From Candidatus Ozemobacteraceae bacterium (lineage in GTDB: Bacteria > Muiribacteriota > Ozemobacteria > Ozemobacterales > Ozemobacteraceae): a stretch of 64,000 bases of DNA. The notes below the pieces were generated by a model, which searched no databases, was not told the DNA's origin, and saw nothing but the letters and a program-made list of their open reading frames with translations. The DNA lies in the NCBI GenBank assembly GCA_965140445.1, contig OZ223236.1:1376001-1440000 (forward strand), given 5' to 3'. The position numbers and the translations under genes were made by a program. This document shows positions 1-9,061 of the stretch, one piece after another. Positions within the stretch are counted from its first letter, which is position 1, and each line of letters starts with the position of its first letter.

Positions 1-264
1 AAATGAGGGATGAACAATTATTGCTTTGTCAAATTTATAGGACTTTAGCTCTGCTGCTAATTCTAGTGCTGTCTTATTCTTTCCATTTAAGGAATTTAAT
101 ATTATTCCTTTTACTTCCGGGATCATTTTTACAATTGAAGATGTGTAAGGAGCTGTTAAAGCATATATTTCAGCTCCCGCATACTGATCGGCCAGAGCTT
201 TAAAAACTGGCGAGGTCAAGATTATGTCGCCAGCTTTGTCTGTTCTGCAAACTAAAATTTTCAT
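1..264 (-). CDS. Glycosyltransferase family 9 (LPS heptosyltransferase-like), 3' end truncated by the window edge
   Basis: Not in the ORF track. Manual translation from ATG at 264 gives MKILVCRTDKAGDIILTSPVFKALADQYAGAEIYAL..., the GT9 N-terminal R-x-D-x-x-GD motif. ATGA overlap with the stop of the upstream GT9 gene. Confidence 0.85.
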   Translation of the reverse strand, partial: MKILVCRTDKAGDIILTSPVFKALADQYAGAEIYALTAPYTSSIVKMIPEVKGIILNSLNGKNKTALELAAELKSYKFDKAIIVHPSF

Positions 265-1277
265 TTAAGAAGCTTATCCTTTACGGCTGTTGCCAATTGT
301 TCGGGAGTAATACTGTTCATGCATATGTGATCATCTCTGCTGCAAACCTTTTGCCTGCAGGGGGCTATTGGGCAGTTTTTTCCAGTTACCAATGCAGCCA
401 GGTTTATCAGTGGACCTGTTCTGGTCATATCAGTGGGACCAACTGGTACAGCCACAGGCGTTCCTGCAAGGGCTGAAATATGCATTGTTCCAGAGTCATT
501 TGCAACCATGAATCTCGCTTGTTCTGTGATTAAAAAAAGCTCGGTTAGAGAAGTTTTTCCTGTTAAATCTAAAAACAGATTATCTGCCTCTGAAGCTATG
601 GTTTGAGCTATTTTTTGATCATCCGGGCCACCGACAATTGCACATTTTATTTGAAGTTGTTCAGACAGCATTTTGCCAAGCCTGGCGAACAAAGAAGGCG
701 GCCATCTTTTTGCTGAACCAAAAGCAGCTCCGGGGGCAATGATAAAAAAATGCTTTTTTTCAAGACCATGTTTTTTTAACAGTTCTTCCTGGACTTGATT
801 GTTAATGAGAGGTTGGGGCAGTTTTGGTCTGCTTGCAAAATCAGTTTTTTGAGGCAGACAAAGTGCATTTTCGATAAGTTGAATATATAGATTAGATTCG
901 TGAATCTTTTTGAAATTTTCAGGTTTCTTTATTGGATTACTTAAAAGAAACTTTCTTCCATCGCCTGAAAAACCAAAAATTTTCTTTGTTCCACAAAATC
1001 TTGCTATTGAAGCTGTTCTCATTGAAGTTGGAAATAAGATTATACGGTCAAAGTTTTCTTTTCTAATTTCCTTAAGACCACTCAGAAGTTGCCAAAAGGC
1101 TCCCTTGGTTGGGAGGCTCCAGATTTTTTTCAAACCTGGAATCAGGCTATATAAATCTGAAAGATGCGGACGGGTCAAGATATGGACTTCGCAATTATTT
1201 TCAATCGCCATATTTATTGCCGGAAAGGACATTACCACATCACCAATCCAGTTTAAGCCAAAAATTAGAATTTTCAT
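261..1277 (-). CDS. waaF: LPS heptosyltransferase II (GT9)
   Basis: MKILIFGLNWIGDVVMS N-terminus, APGAAFGSAKRWP, ANDSGTMH. Start moved to ATG 1277, which forms an ATGA overlap with the upstream gene. Confidence 0.85.
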   Translation of the reverse strand: MKILIFGLNWIGDVVMSFPAINMAIENNCEVHILTRPHLSDLYSLIPGLKKIWSLPTKGAFWQLLSGLKEIRKENFDRIILFPTSMRTASIARFCGTKKIFGFSGDGRKFLLSNPIKKPENFKKIHESNLYIQLIENALCLPQKTDFASRPKLPQPLINNQVQEELLKKHGLEKKHFFIIAPGAAFGSAKRWPPSLFARLGKMLSEQLQIKCAIVGGPDDQKIAQTIASEADNLFLDLTGKTSLTELFLITEQARFMVANDSGTMHISALAGTPVAVPVGPTDMTRTGPLINLAALVTGKNCPIAPCRQKVCSRDDHICMNSITPEQLATAVKDKLLK

Positions 1278-2245
1278 TTCGTTACATCCATAAAAGACCA
1301 TATCTCTGTAGAAACTTTTTTCCAATTCAGAGCTCTGCAATTAAAGTGGCCTTCTGGGCAATCTTCTCTCTGGCCATGAATACTACAGGGTTTGCACGGC
1401 AGGGGTTTTGAAATTACCAGATTTTTAGTTGAAGGAACTGGAGAAAAACCCAGGGAGGGATCTGTCTGAAAAAACAGGCAGACCAAAGGGGCATCTGTTG
1501 CTCTTGCAAGGTGCATAGGGCCTGAATCTGTACTGATTACGCCGCTGGAATTTGCCATTATTCCGGGCAGCTGATCCAGTGAAATTTTATTTCTCAAGTC
1601 GATCAGATTCGGAAAGTCATTAAGGTTAAAGTTCCGACTGCCAGTTCCAATAATTGCAGTTGTTTGAGGTGCTTGTCTTAATATTTCTCTTAAACCTTCC
1701 TCGGGAAGTATCTTGCCTGGTTTTGAAGCATCAGGATGGATCAGAAAATATTCTTTTGGCTTCAGGCCAAGTGAAATTGCTAATTCTCTTGAGGAGGCAA
1801 GGTAGTCTGGCGTCATTTCCAGGAGAGGGTCAGGGGCGCTAATTTCTATACCTGCAGTATCTGCATATCTTTTCCAGACCGGGGAATCATTTGAAATATT
1901 AATTGGATACTGACCAGTAGAGATTTGCCATTGCTCGCTTAAAGAACGTTTTCTATAAGAGGCATATTTTGCTCCCGAAAAGTGTTTCATGAAAAAAGAT
2001 GAAATTTTGCCTTGCAGGTCTATCACCATTTCTGGAGAAAGGCTGCGAATTTCCTTTGATAAAGAAAGAAGGGAGGTTGCGCCATCATAGAGCATAACTT
2101 CGGCCGGAAGAAATTGCCGGAGGTCTTTCCATTTTTTGTTTATCACCCAGAAAACTTTATGTTGCTGACCTAGTTGCCTTGCTACAGGTATTGCCAGCAG
2201 GATGTCTCCCATTGCATTTAGTCTAAGGATTACCTGATTGGACAT
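1274..2245 (-). CDS. Glycosyltransferase family 9 (heptosyltransferase-like)
   Basis: LRLNAMGDILL, IDLQG, STDSGPMHLA and PCKPCS..C motifs. Start taken at MSNQVIL (2245). Confidence 0.85.
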   Translation of the reverse strand: MSNQVILRLNAMGDILLAIPVARQLGQQHKVFWVINKKWKDLRQFLPAEVMLYDGATSLLSLSKEIRSLSPEMVIDLQGKISSFFMKHFSGAKYASYRKRSLSEQWQISTGQYPINISNDSPVWKRYADTAGIEISAPDPLLEMTPDYLASSRELAISLGLKPKEYFLIHPDASKPGKILPEEGLREILRQAPQTTAIIGTGSRNFNLNDFPNLIDLRNKISLDQLPGIMANSSGVISTDSGPMHLARATDAPLVCLFFQTDPSLGFSPVPSTKNLVISKPLPCKPCSIHGQREDCPEGHFNCRALNWKKVSTEIWSFMDVTK

Positions 2246-3503
2246 TTGGTAAAAGCCCCGCTTCCTGTAAGCTTTCGATGGTTCTGTGACTAGCACCAGC
2301 CATGCTTTGAAGAAGCAACTTTGCTCTGTTGCCCATTTCATCGTATTTTTCTCTATTGCTGATCCAGTCTTCCAGGGTGTTTCTTAGATCTAAAGACGTT
2401 TCGGTAACCCTTACAGCATGTTTTCTTTTGAGTGCCATCATCTCATATCTGAAGTTAAAGGTATGGGGACCTGTGAGGACTGGGACTCCAAAGGCAGCTG
2501 GCTCCATTAAATTGTGCCCGCCACGTTCGATTAAACTCCCACCTACAAACGCCAGTGAAGAGAGGGAATAAAGATTTACAAGATCGCCTAATGTATCCAC
2601 AAGAATTATGTGTCCTGCGGTTGGATTTCTCTGTGAAACCCTGGAAAAATCCAGATTTCTTGTTTTTAGAATTTGTTCGATTTCTGGAACTCGCTTTAGA
2701 TGGCGAGGTGCTATTACTACTGTTGAATGCAAACTTCCCCAAAGTGGTTCAAGGGCATCCAGTATTTGATCTTCTTCTTTAGGATGGGTGCTTCCAAAGA
2801 CTATTAAATCGCGGTGTGGCGGAATCCCATATTTTTCCCTCAGGCTTTCTTTGCTGGGAATTGAGGTTGGCATATCGTATTTAAAACAACCAAGCGTTTT
2901 CTGCTTATTGGATTCGATACCCAGGATTTTGAAACGTCTTTCATATTGCTTTTCCTGTGGAAAAGCGAAGGAGAAATTTTTAACTCCGGTGCCAAATAAA
3001 GGCCAGAGCATTCTCATCATTCTTACAGACTTTTCGTTGATTCTGCCGTTAATAATCCCGTAGGGAATATTTTTACGTTTCAAGGTTGCCAACAAGAGCG
3101 GCCATATCTCGGTTTCGCTGATTAGCAAAACTTTTGGCTTCATTTTTTCAATAAAAGGAATTGTGAACGCCGGCAGCTCAATTGGTAGCAAACTTGCATG
3201 ACCGCATATCTCATCTTTTTGAAGCTGTCGCAGCCCATCCATGGTCATGGCGGTGCATAGGATTCTATTTCGTCCGTAAATTCTTACCAGCTCTCTTAGG
3301 AAGGGGCGCAACGTGATTACTTCGCCAAGCGATGCTCCGTGAACCCAGATGGTGCCTTCTGCTGGGACTTCGTTGTCTGGAGAATACTGACCTTTTCTTA
3401 GTGCTATTTCTTCCAACTCGATTTTTTTGGGAGGAAAAATATCCAGTATCTCTACTGCAGCTCTAAGAATCCATTGGTAAGTTTTTAGGGATAGATTTGC
3501 CAT
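2223..3503 (-). CDS. waaA: 3-deoxy-D-manno-octulosonic acid (Kdo) transferase
   Basis: IWVHGASLGE, ETEIWP, GSTHPKEE, IAPRH, FVGGSLIERGGHNLMEPA. Confidence 0.95.
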   Translation of the reverse strand: MANLSLKTYQWILRAAVEILDIFPPKKIELEEIALRKGQYSPDNEVPAEGTIWVHGASLGEVITLRPFLRELVRIYGRNRILCTAMTMDGLRQLQKDEICGHASLLPIELPAFTIPFIEKMKPKVLLISETEIWPLLLATLKRKNIPYGIINGRINEKSVRMMRMLWPLFGTGVKNFSFAFPQEKQYERRFKILGIESNKQKTLGCFKYDMPTSIPSKESLREKYGIPPHRDLIVFGSTHPKEEDQILDALEPLWGSLHSTVVIAPRHLKRVPEIEQILKTRNLDFSRVSQRNPTAGHIILVDTLGDLVNLYSLSSLAFVGGSLIERGGHNLMEPAAFGVPVLTGPHTFNFRYEMMALKRKHAVRVTETSLDLRNTLEDWISNREKYDEMGNRAKLLLQSMAGASHRTIESLQEAGLLPNVQSGNP

Positions 3504-3579
3504 TTCTTTTGAAAACCTTAATGTTAACTACATTTTTAACTGGTTTTAGCATGGAAGTCAAAACCGATTTTTTTTAAAG

Positions 3580-4506
3580 TTAAACCCATGGGTTTTCCGG
3601 GCAGTCTTCTGGTTGAGTTTTCCAGCGTCTATGCAACCAGAACCACTGTTCTGGAGCTTGTTCCACAAGTCCTTCAAGAAAGGTTGTGAATTTCTGAGTT
3701 AATTCTTGCTGTCCTTTTATACTGTTTTCAAAATCTTTAGGATAAATTGGTGGCACAATTTTCAGATGGTGTTTGTATGAATAATCTGGAAACATGGCGA
3801 GTGGAACAATTGGAGCTCCGGTTTTTAGTGAAATTTGTGCTGGGCCAACAGGAGCTGAGGCTAATTTATCAAAGAATTTTACAAAAATCCCTTTTTTACC
3901 ATTGTCCTGGTCTACCATCAAGGCAAGGATTTCTCCTTTTTTTAAGGCTCTTAAAATTTCTCTGATTGCATAGCCGGAATCCGTGGTTTTTGCGCCGTGC
4001 TTGTTGCGCATTTCTTCCATCCACTTATCAACTTCTTTATTGTTTTGTCTTCTAACCACAACATTTGTCGGAAAACCATTTAAAGCGAACCATGGCGGTA
4101 CCAGCTCCCATAGTCCAAAGTGACCTGAAACTATTATTGCTCCCTTATTATCAGACAGGGCTTTTTTAAGGTTTTCCAGGCCAGAGATTTGAACTTTATC
4201 CAATAGCTCCTGATTTGAAAAATATCTTAACCCTGCCATTTCTATGGAATTGAGAAGGAAGTTTTGATATGTCTTTCGAGCCAGAGCTCCAGCTCGAACC
4301 GGATCAATTTTTAAACAAGATCTTAGTCTGGAAATAACGTACTTTTTTCTCATCCCAAAAAGATCATACATTATCGTGCATAGTAGATTTGCAATTCTTC
4401 TTTTTTTATCGACGGACATTTTTGCAGATGCTTTTGCCAGTGAATCAAGTAAAAACAGCTGGATCTTGTTGAATCTGATTTTGTTGGGATTGTTGTGGTC
4501 ACTCAT
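3580..4506 (-). CDS. lpxL: Lipid A late acyltransferase (LpxL/HtrB family)
   Basis: HFGLWE catalytic HxxxxE, VDQD, PEQWFWLHRRWK. Start at 4506 forms an ATGA overlap. Confidence 0.85.
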   Translation of the reverse strand: MSDHNNPNKIRFNKIQLFLLDSLAKASAKMSVDKKRRIANLLCTIMYDLFGMRKKYVISRLRSCLKIDPVRAGALARKTYQNFLLNSIEMAGLRYFSNQELLDKVQISGLENLKKALSDNKGAIIVSGHFGLWELVPPWFALNGFPTNVVVRRQNNKEVDKWMEEMRNKHGAKTTDSGYAIREILRALKKGEILALMVDQDNGKKGIFVKFFDKLASAPVGPAQISLKTGAPIVPLAMFPDYSYKHHLKIVPPIYPKDFENSIKGQQELTQKFTTFLEGLVEQAPEQWFWLHRRWKTQPEDCPENPWV

Positions 4507-5672
4507 TGTCTTTTCTCTCTGTTTCGTTTTTTCCATTCTCTAAGTTTTAGAGCGATGGAAAGCAATGGAGATGTTTTCATCTTGATTGCGTCTACTGGAC
4601 ATACTTCCATGCAGCAAAAACAGGAAATGCATTTTGCTTTATCAAAACAAGCTTGTGGAGAAAGCTTGATTGCGTCTGCGGGGCAAATTTTCAGGCAACG
4701 GCCGCATTCTATACACGAATATTCCTTTAGAGCTGGACCTGCCCACAATATTTTCTTTACGAGTTCAATTAAAATATCAGGTAATTTTTCGGAGATCGGT
4801 TTCGGGGGCAGAACAAAACCAGTGGGAATTGAAGGCCAATGGTTTTGAAGAATCTTTATTTCATTAAAATTTGAAGGACCAAAGTTAAGTGACTTGCAAT
4901 GTTTTAGAATAGAAACAGTTTCAGGAGCAATATTAACCAGTTTGCAGAAAGCATAGTCCAGGGCAACAGGATTCGGTGAAGCTAAAAGAATTCCAGCATG
5001 GAATTGGTTGCCCCCAGCTGGACCCTGTCCGTCCATTGCAACTATCCCATCCATGATGTTTAGCGTTACCGGCAATTTAGCGGCAAGTTCACTCATTAGG
5101 ATGCCAAAACTATCCGATCTTGGAAAATCTTTATGGAGCTGAGCTTTTTGCATGCCAGGAATCAAGCCATAAAGATTTTTAACCGCGCCTGTTATTCGGG
5201 TGAGGTTATGAGTTTTCATTTTTGGTAAGTTAATTACCTTATCTGCTTCAAAGTAGGCAGAAGTTATGCTTATTAAAAAGTTCTTTCCACAAATTTTACA
5301 TTTGATCGCTTTTTTGGGAAGTTTTTCAAATTCAATGAGTTGCGCTCCGGTTGCTTTTGCTACTTCGCTGTAACCAGTATTTTTCCAGAACTCATCTGCG
5401 CGGCCAAAAATCATTGGCGGACTATCCCCAATTGTCACGGTAGCGCCAAGTTGCTGGCATAGAATAGTAACTGCTTTTAGAACTTCCGGGTGGGTTGTTG
5501 CTGCTTTTTCAGGGGATTTGCTGGAAAGCATATTTGGCTTTATCAATACTCTATCGCCTGAATTTATGAAAGCACCCATTCCACCCAAGGGAGCGAGAAG
5601 CTTTTTTACAGCTTCCATTACCTCGGCTTGAGAATAGTTGGCGCAGGTTTCTATTGATACAGGATAGGTCAT
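4503..5672 (-). CDS. DUF362-family protein with C-terminal 2x[4Fe-4S] ferredoxin domain
   Basis: VLIKPN, TTHPEV, INLPKMKTH, TGAVKNLYG, MDGQGP; two CxxCxxCxxxCP motifs. Confidence 0.9.
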   Translation of the reverse strand: MTYPVSIETCANYSQAEVMEAVKKLLAPLGGMGAFINSGDRVLIKPNMLSSKSPEKAATTHPEVLKAVTILCQQLGATVTIGDSPPMIFGRADEFWKNTGYSEVAKATGAQLIEFEKLPKKAIKCKICGKNFLISITSAYFEADKVINLPKMKTHNLTRITGAVKNLYGLIPGMQKAQLHKDFPRSDSFGILMSELAAKLPVTLNIMDGIVAMDGQGPAGGNQFHAGILLASPNPVALDYAFCKLVNIAPETVSILKHCKSLNFGPSNFNEIKILQNHWPSIPTGFVLPPKPISEKLPDILIELVKKILWAGPALKEYSCIECGRCLKICPADAIKLSPQACFDKAKCISCFCCMEVCPVDAIKMKTSPLLSIALKLREWKKRNREKRQ

Positions 5673-6670
5673 TAGTATGTCGGTGTTTGCTGAACGATGG
5701 GATGGTTGTAAAGATGTTCTTCAATCATTGGCGGCGGTTGTGGGCCAAAAGTGCTTTGTGTTTCTACGGGGCCCATTTTTATGAGAGGGTAGTCCGGGAA
5801 CGGTCTTCTTTGAAGTATTTGGCGGGGCCATGGCATTATTTCGAGCGCATTTTCTCTCTCGATAATTATGCATTGATTGAGATAAACTATTTGTGAAAGC
5901 ATTTTGGCGAAGGGAATATTTCGGTAAGTTGAATATACGGGGAAGTGCAGATCTTTTGGAAAGTGAAGCGGAACTTTGCCACCCAGCGAAATTTTGCGGA
6001 GAATTAGTTGTATATCATCGCCTCTGGAAATGATTATTCCTGTTTTGTTAAGTCCTGGAAATCTAAACGTGAGTCTTTCTGGAACTGACTTTTTCATGCG
6101 GTCTATTACTTCAGACCAGCTTTCTCCTGCAGGGTGAACGGGCAAAACCAAAAGGGTAGGGCCATTAAAGGCAATTCTGTGATGCGGGGGGAGGATTTTT
6201 GCCAGGATTTCGTCTACGCTCCTGCCATGAGTACCAGGGACTACGGTGCCACCGGCTTGAAAGTGCATTAAAGCTTGATACCCAAAGCCATGAGCAAGCA
6301 ATTCAGTTGCTTCCCACAAGGCAATTGGATGGCCGTAAAAAGACCAGTCTCTGTGGAATCTGGCTCTTTGTGGGGCATTTAGCTTAATTTCGGCAAATGT
6401 GTGGGTGGAGGTTTTTTTGAAAAGGATCGATTCGCGTCTAATTTCGTCTATATACCATTCATCGTTTAAACGCATTTTTTCAGTGCAATGAAATCTTTGT
6501 CCATTGAAATAAACAAGAGCCCGAGGGTTGTCTTTATGATATAAAATGGCTCTTATTGAAGGTTCAGAGCCATTGGCTTTTACATACTGGGCAAAAACCG
6601 GGTAATCCACGATGATTAAAACTGCCAGAATGGCTAGTATTTTTAAGAAGTTGTTTTTATAGCTGGCCAT
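5672..6670 (-). CDS. Exported protein with putative PilP/GspC-like beta domain and STN/secretin-N0-like domains
   Basis: Signal peptide; RALVYFNG...IDEIRRESILF resembles the PilP/GspC HR fold; DIQLILRKIS...NIPFAKMLSQIV...ENALEI resembles STN. Confidence 0.5.
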   Translation of the reverse strand: MASYKNNFLKILAILAVLIIVDYPVFAQYVKANGSEPSIRAILYHKDNPRALVYFNGQRFHCTEKMRLNDEWYIDEIRRESILFKKTSTHTFAEIKLNAPQRARFHRDWSFYGHPIALWEATELLAHGFGYQALMHFQAGGTVVPGTHGRSVDEILAKILPPHHRIAFNGPTLLVLPVHPAGESWSEVIDRMKKSVPERLTFRFPGLNKTGIIISRGDDIQLILRKISLGGKVPLHFPKDLHFPVYSTYRNIPFAKMLSQIVYLNQCIIIERENALEIMPWPRQILQRRPFPDYPLIKMGPVETQSTFGPQPPPMIEEHLYNHPIVQQTPTY

Positions 6671-7667
6671 TTTTCACTAGCTTCTGGTAAATTTTTACGG
6701 CATTGGTGGCTGCTCCGCGTCTCAAGTTGTCCGCGACAACCCAAAGATTTAAGCCGTTATTAATACTTTCATCCTTGCGAATTCTGCCAACAAATACCTC
6801 ATCTTTTCCTTCGCATAATAGTGGTGTGGGGTAAGTTTCTGTTGATAGGTCGTCCATTAATATTACATCTTCAGCGTTTTCTAAAATTGCTCTTATCTCA
6901 TTAAGGGTAAATGGCTTTTCCAATTGTAAATTGATGGATTCGCTGTGGCATGAAATTATTGGAACTCTCACAGTTGTTGGGCAAACAGGTATTTCTTGCC
7001 CCATGATTTTCCAGGTTTCCTTAATCATCTTTTCTTCTTCACGGCAAAGGCCTGAGTCCAGAAAAATATCGATATGTGGAAAAAGGTTAAAACCGATTGA
7101 GTTTTTATATACTCCAGTAGGCATTTCCGTGTCTTCAAGATACGCTTTGCACTGCGCCTTAAGAATTTCAATTGCTTCTTGTCCGGTTCCAGAAACAGAT
7201 TGGTATGTGGAAACAACTATTCTTTTAATGGGATTGATTTTGTGGATTGGGGCAATTGCAACAAGCATTTGAATTGTTGAGCAATTGGGATTTGCAATCA
7301 GTCCTTTGTGATTAGAAAGAGCCTGTGGATTTACCTCTGGAATAACTAGAGGAACATCATGGTTCATTCTATAAGCATTGGTGTTGTCAATAACTGTAGC
7401 ACCAGCGCTAACGGCTTTTGAACAGTATTTTTGACTAACTTCCGTTCCTGCTGAAAAAAAGACAACATCAAGGCCTGTGAAATCCGCCTTTGCTACGTCT
7501 TCAATCTTTATCTCCATATCTCCATAAAAAAGCTTTTGCCCTTCACTTCTACTTGATGCAAAAAGCCGTAACTCTTTGGGAGAAACTTCTCTTTCTTTAA
7601 GTACTTGCAGGATTTTTTTTCCAACTGCGCCTGTAGCGCCAACAATTCCAATTGAGTGGCTTTTCAT
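6657..7667 (-). CDS. asd: Aspartate-semialdehyde dehydrogenase
   Basis: GATGAVG, IANPNCSTIQ, STYQSVSGTG, DNLRRGAATNAV. Confidence 0.97.
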   Translation of the reverse strand: MKSHSIGIVGATGAVGKKILQVLKEREVSPKELRLFASSRSEGQKLFYGDMEIKIEDVAKADFTGLDVVFFSAGTEVSQKYCSKAVSAGATVIDNTNAYRMNHDVPLVIPEVNPQALSNHKGLIANPNCSTIQMLVAIAPIHKINPIKRIVVSTYQSVSGTGQEAIEILKAQCKAYLEDTEMPTGVYKNSIGFNLFPHIDIFLDSGLCREEEKMIKETWKIMGQEIPVCPTTVRVPIISCHSESINLQLEKPFTLNEIRAILENAEDVILMDDLSTETYPTPLLCEGKDEVFVGRIRKDESINNGLNLWVVADNLRRGAATNAVKIYQKLVKNGQL

Positions 7668-8485
7668 TCGTTATCCTCGCCTTCATCATCGCTATCACTA
7701 TCACTATCACTATCGCTATCATCTTCATCAGAAAGGTCTTCATATTGTCCCTTCGACTCTTTATAAAAGGACTTGTAACCCCCTGGTCTGTAGAATCTTG
7801 AAGGTATTTTTACTTTCTTCTTTTTGACTTTTTTATTTTCAGTGGTTGGTTTTGAATCAAATTTACCTGGTTGCAATTTTGGGGAATTTAAACTTATAAG
7901 CTGACTTTGAAGAATTTTTGCTTTTCTCTGATCTTGAGGAGACAGTTTTGAAAGCTCAATGGTTCCAGAGGAAGTATTTGAAGAAATAAGCTTTTGAAGC
8001 TCTTCAATAATAGCGATTTTCCTTTCGGATCTTTCCAGTTCCGATTCTAATCTTTTTATAAAGCGGGGATCTATAGCTGTTTCAAGTTGCTTTTTGAATT
8101 TTGCAGCAGATCTTTTATAGCGTTCCAGATTTACTACCGAAATATTGATTTTTTCATCCAGGGAATTGGTACTTGATGCATTTGTTTCGATGCTTGCTTT
8201 CATTGCTTTTTTTCGCATCTCTGTAAAGTCTGGTAGCTTGGGCTTTCGGAAAAAATTGCTGGAAGTCTTTGTAATTGTCGATGGTCGACCGGTTTCTGGG
8301 TCTATTGGGGCTTTGGGGCCGTTTGCTTCCTCAAATGAGATATGTTTTGTTTCTCGCTTGAAGCCAACGTTTTCCATCCATTCTGGAAAAGGATTCTTGT
8401 CAGTTTCAGCCGACAGAATAGCGGCAAAAAATAAAAAAGAATAAAAAATTAAAAGTTTTATTATAAATTTACGGTTGGCTTTCAT
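7664..8485 (-). CDS. Hypothetical exported protein with coiled coil, Lys-rich segment and Asp/Ser-rich C-terminal tail
   Basis: N-terminal hydrophobic signal after MKANRKF; ends EDDSDSDSDSDSDDEGEDNE; ATGA-coupled to asd. Confidence 0.7.
   Translation of the reverse strand: MKANRKFIIKLLIFYSFLFFAAILSAETDKNPFPEWMENVGFKRETKHISFEEANGPKAPIDPETGRPSTITKTSSNFFRKPKLPDFTEMRKKAMKASIETNASSTNSLDEKINISVVNLERYKRSAAKFKKQLETAIDPRFIKRLESELERSERKIAIIEELQKLISSNTSSGTIELSKLSPQDQRKAKILQSQLISLNSPKLQPGKFDSKPTTENKKVKKKKVKIPSRFYRPGGYKSFYKESKGQYEDLSDEDDSDSDSDSDSDDEGEDNE
7691..7720. repeat. Five copies of the hexamer (G/A)CTATC encoding the Asp-Ser repeat
   Basis: gctatc actatc actatc actatc gctatc read directly. Confidence 0.9.
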
Positions 8486-8561
8486 TGTCTTTGTCCTGAA
8501 TTTTCTCAATTTGTACCATGAAAAAAAAATACAGGCAAAGGGATTTTCCTATTTTTGGCTC

Positions 8562-8589
8562 TTGCGTAAAAAAAAAATAAGGCTATGAT
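8562..8589 (+). promoter_or_regulatory. Putative sigma70-type promoter TTGCGT-N16-TATGAT with an A10 tract in the spacer
   Basis: TTGCGT 8562-8567, A10 8568-8577, TATGAT 8584-8589, just upstream of ATG 8600. Confidence 0.45.
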
Positions 8590-8599
8590 TTTAGTAGAT

Positions 8600-9061
8600 A
8601 TGAAAAAAAATCGGGGGCAACCTAAAAAAATTTATTTGCGGTTCAATAATCCCAGCTACGATAAGATCGTTCGAGCCAATACTGAAGAATTAGCCCGACA
8701 AATGGGTTTTGATGAAGATCAGATATACGACATTTCCCTTGCTGTTGACGAAGCTTACACCAACGCTATTGAGCATAGCGGTAATTTTGGTATTGCTTTG
8801 GATCTGGAGATAGAATATCTGATTTTTGAAGACAGGCTTGAAATATCAATTACAGATACTGGCTGTGGTTTTGACCCCACGCGCATAGAAATCCCTCATA
8901 CCTTAAGAGCTCTAACAACTATTCGCGGAAGAGGTCTAAGTCTGATAAAAATTTTATCAGATAAGTTTGAGCTGCTAACCAGGCCTGGAGCTGGAACTTT
9001 TATAAAAATTATTAAATACCTTACAACAGGGAAGTCTAAATCTCGATTTTTAAGTATTTAG
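8600..9061 (+). CDS. rsbW: Anti-sigma factor / Ser kinase (RsbW/SpoIIAB family, HATPase_c)
   Basis: DISLAVDEAYTNAIEH N-box, ITDTGCGFDP G1 box, RGRGLSLIKILSD G2 box. Alternative start at 8585. Confidence 0.85.
   Translation: MKKNRGQPKKIYLRFNNPSYDKIVRANTEELARQMGFDEDQIYDISLAVDEAYTNAIEHSGNFGIALDLEIEYLIFEDRLEISITDTGCGFDPTRIEIPHTLRALTTIRGRGLSLIKILSDKFELLTRPGAGTFIKIIKYLTTGKSKSRFLSI

Noticed and set aside
3..203. 66-aa plus-strand ORF in the track
   Set aside because: Shadow of the minus-strand GT9 gene (1-264), which has clear family motifs.
7576..7827. ORF with HHRYHYHYHYRYH, resembling a His-rich metal-binding peptide
   Set aside because: Antisense reading of the Asp-Ser hexamer repeat.
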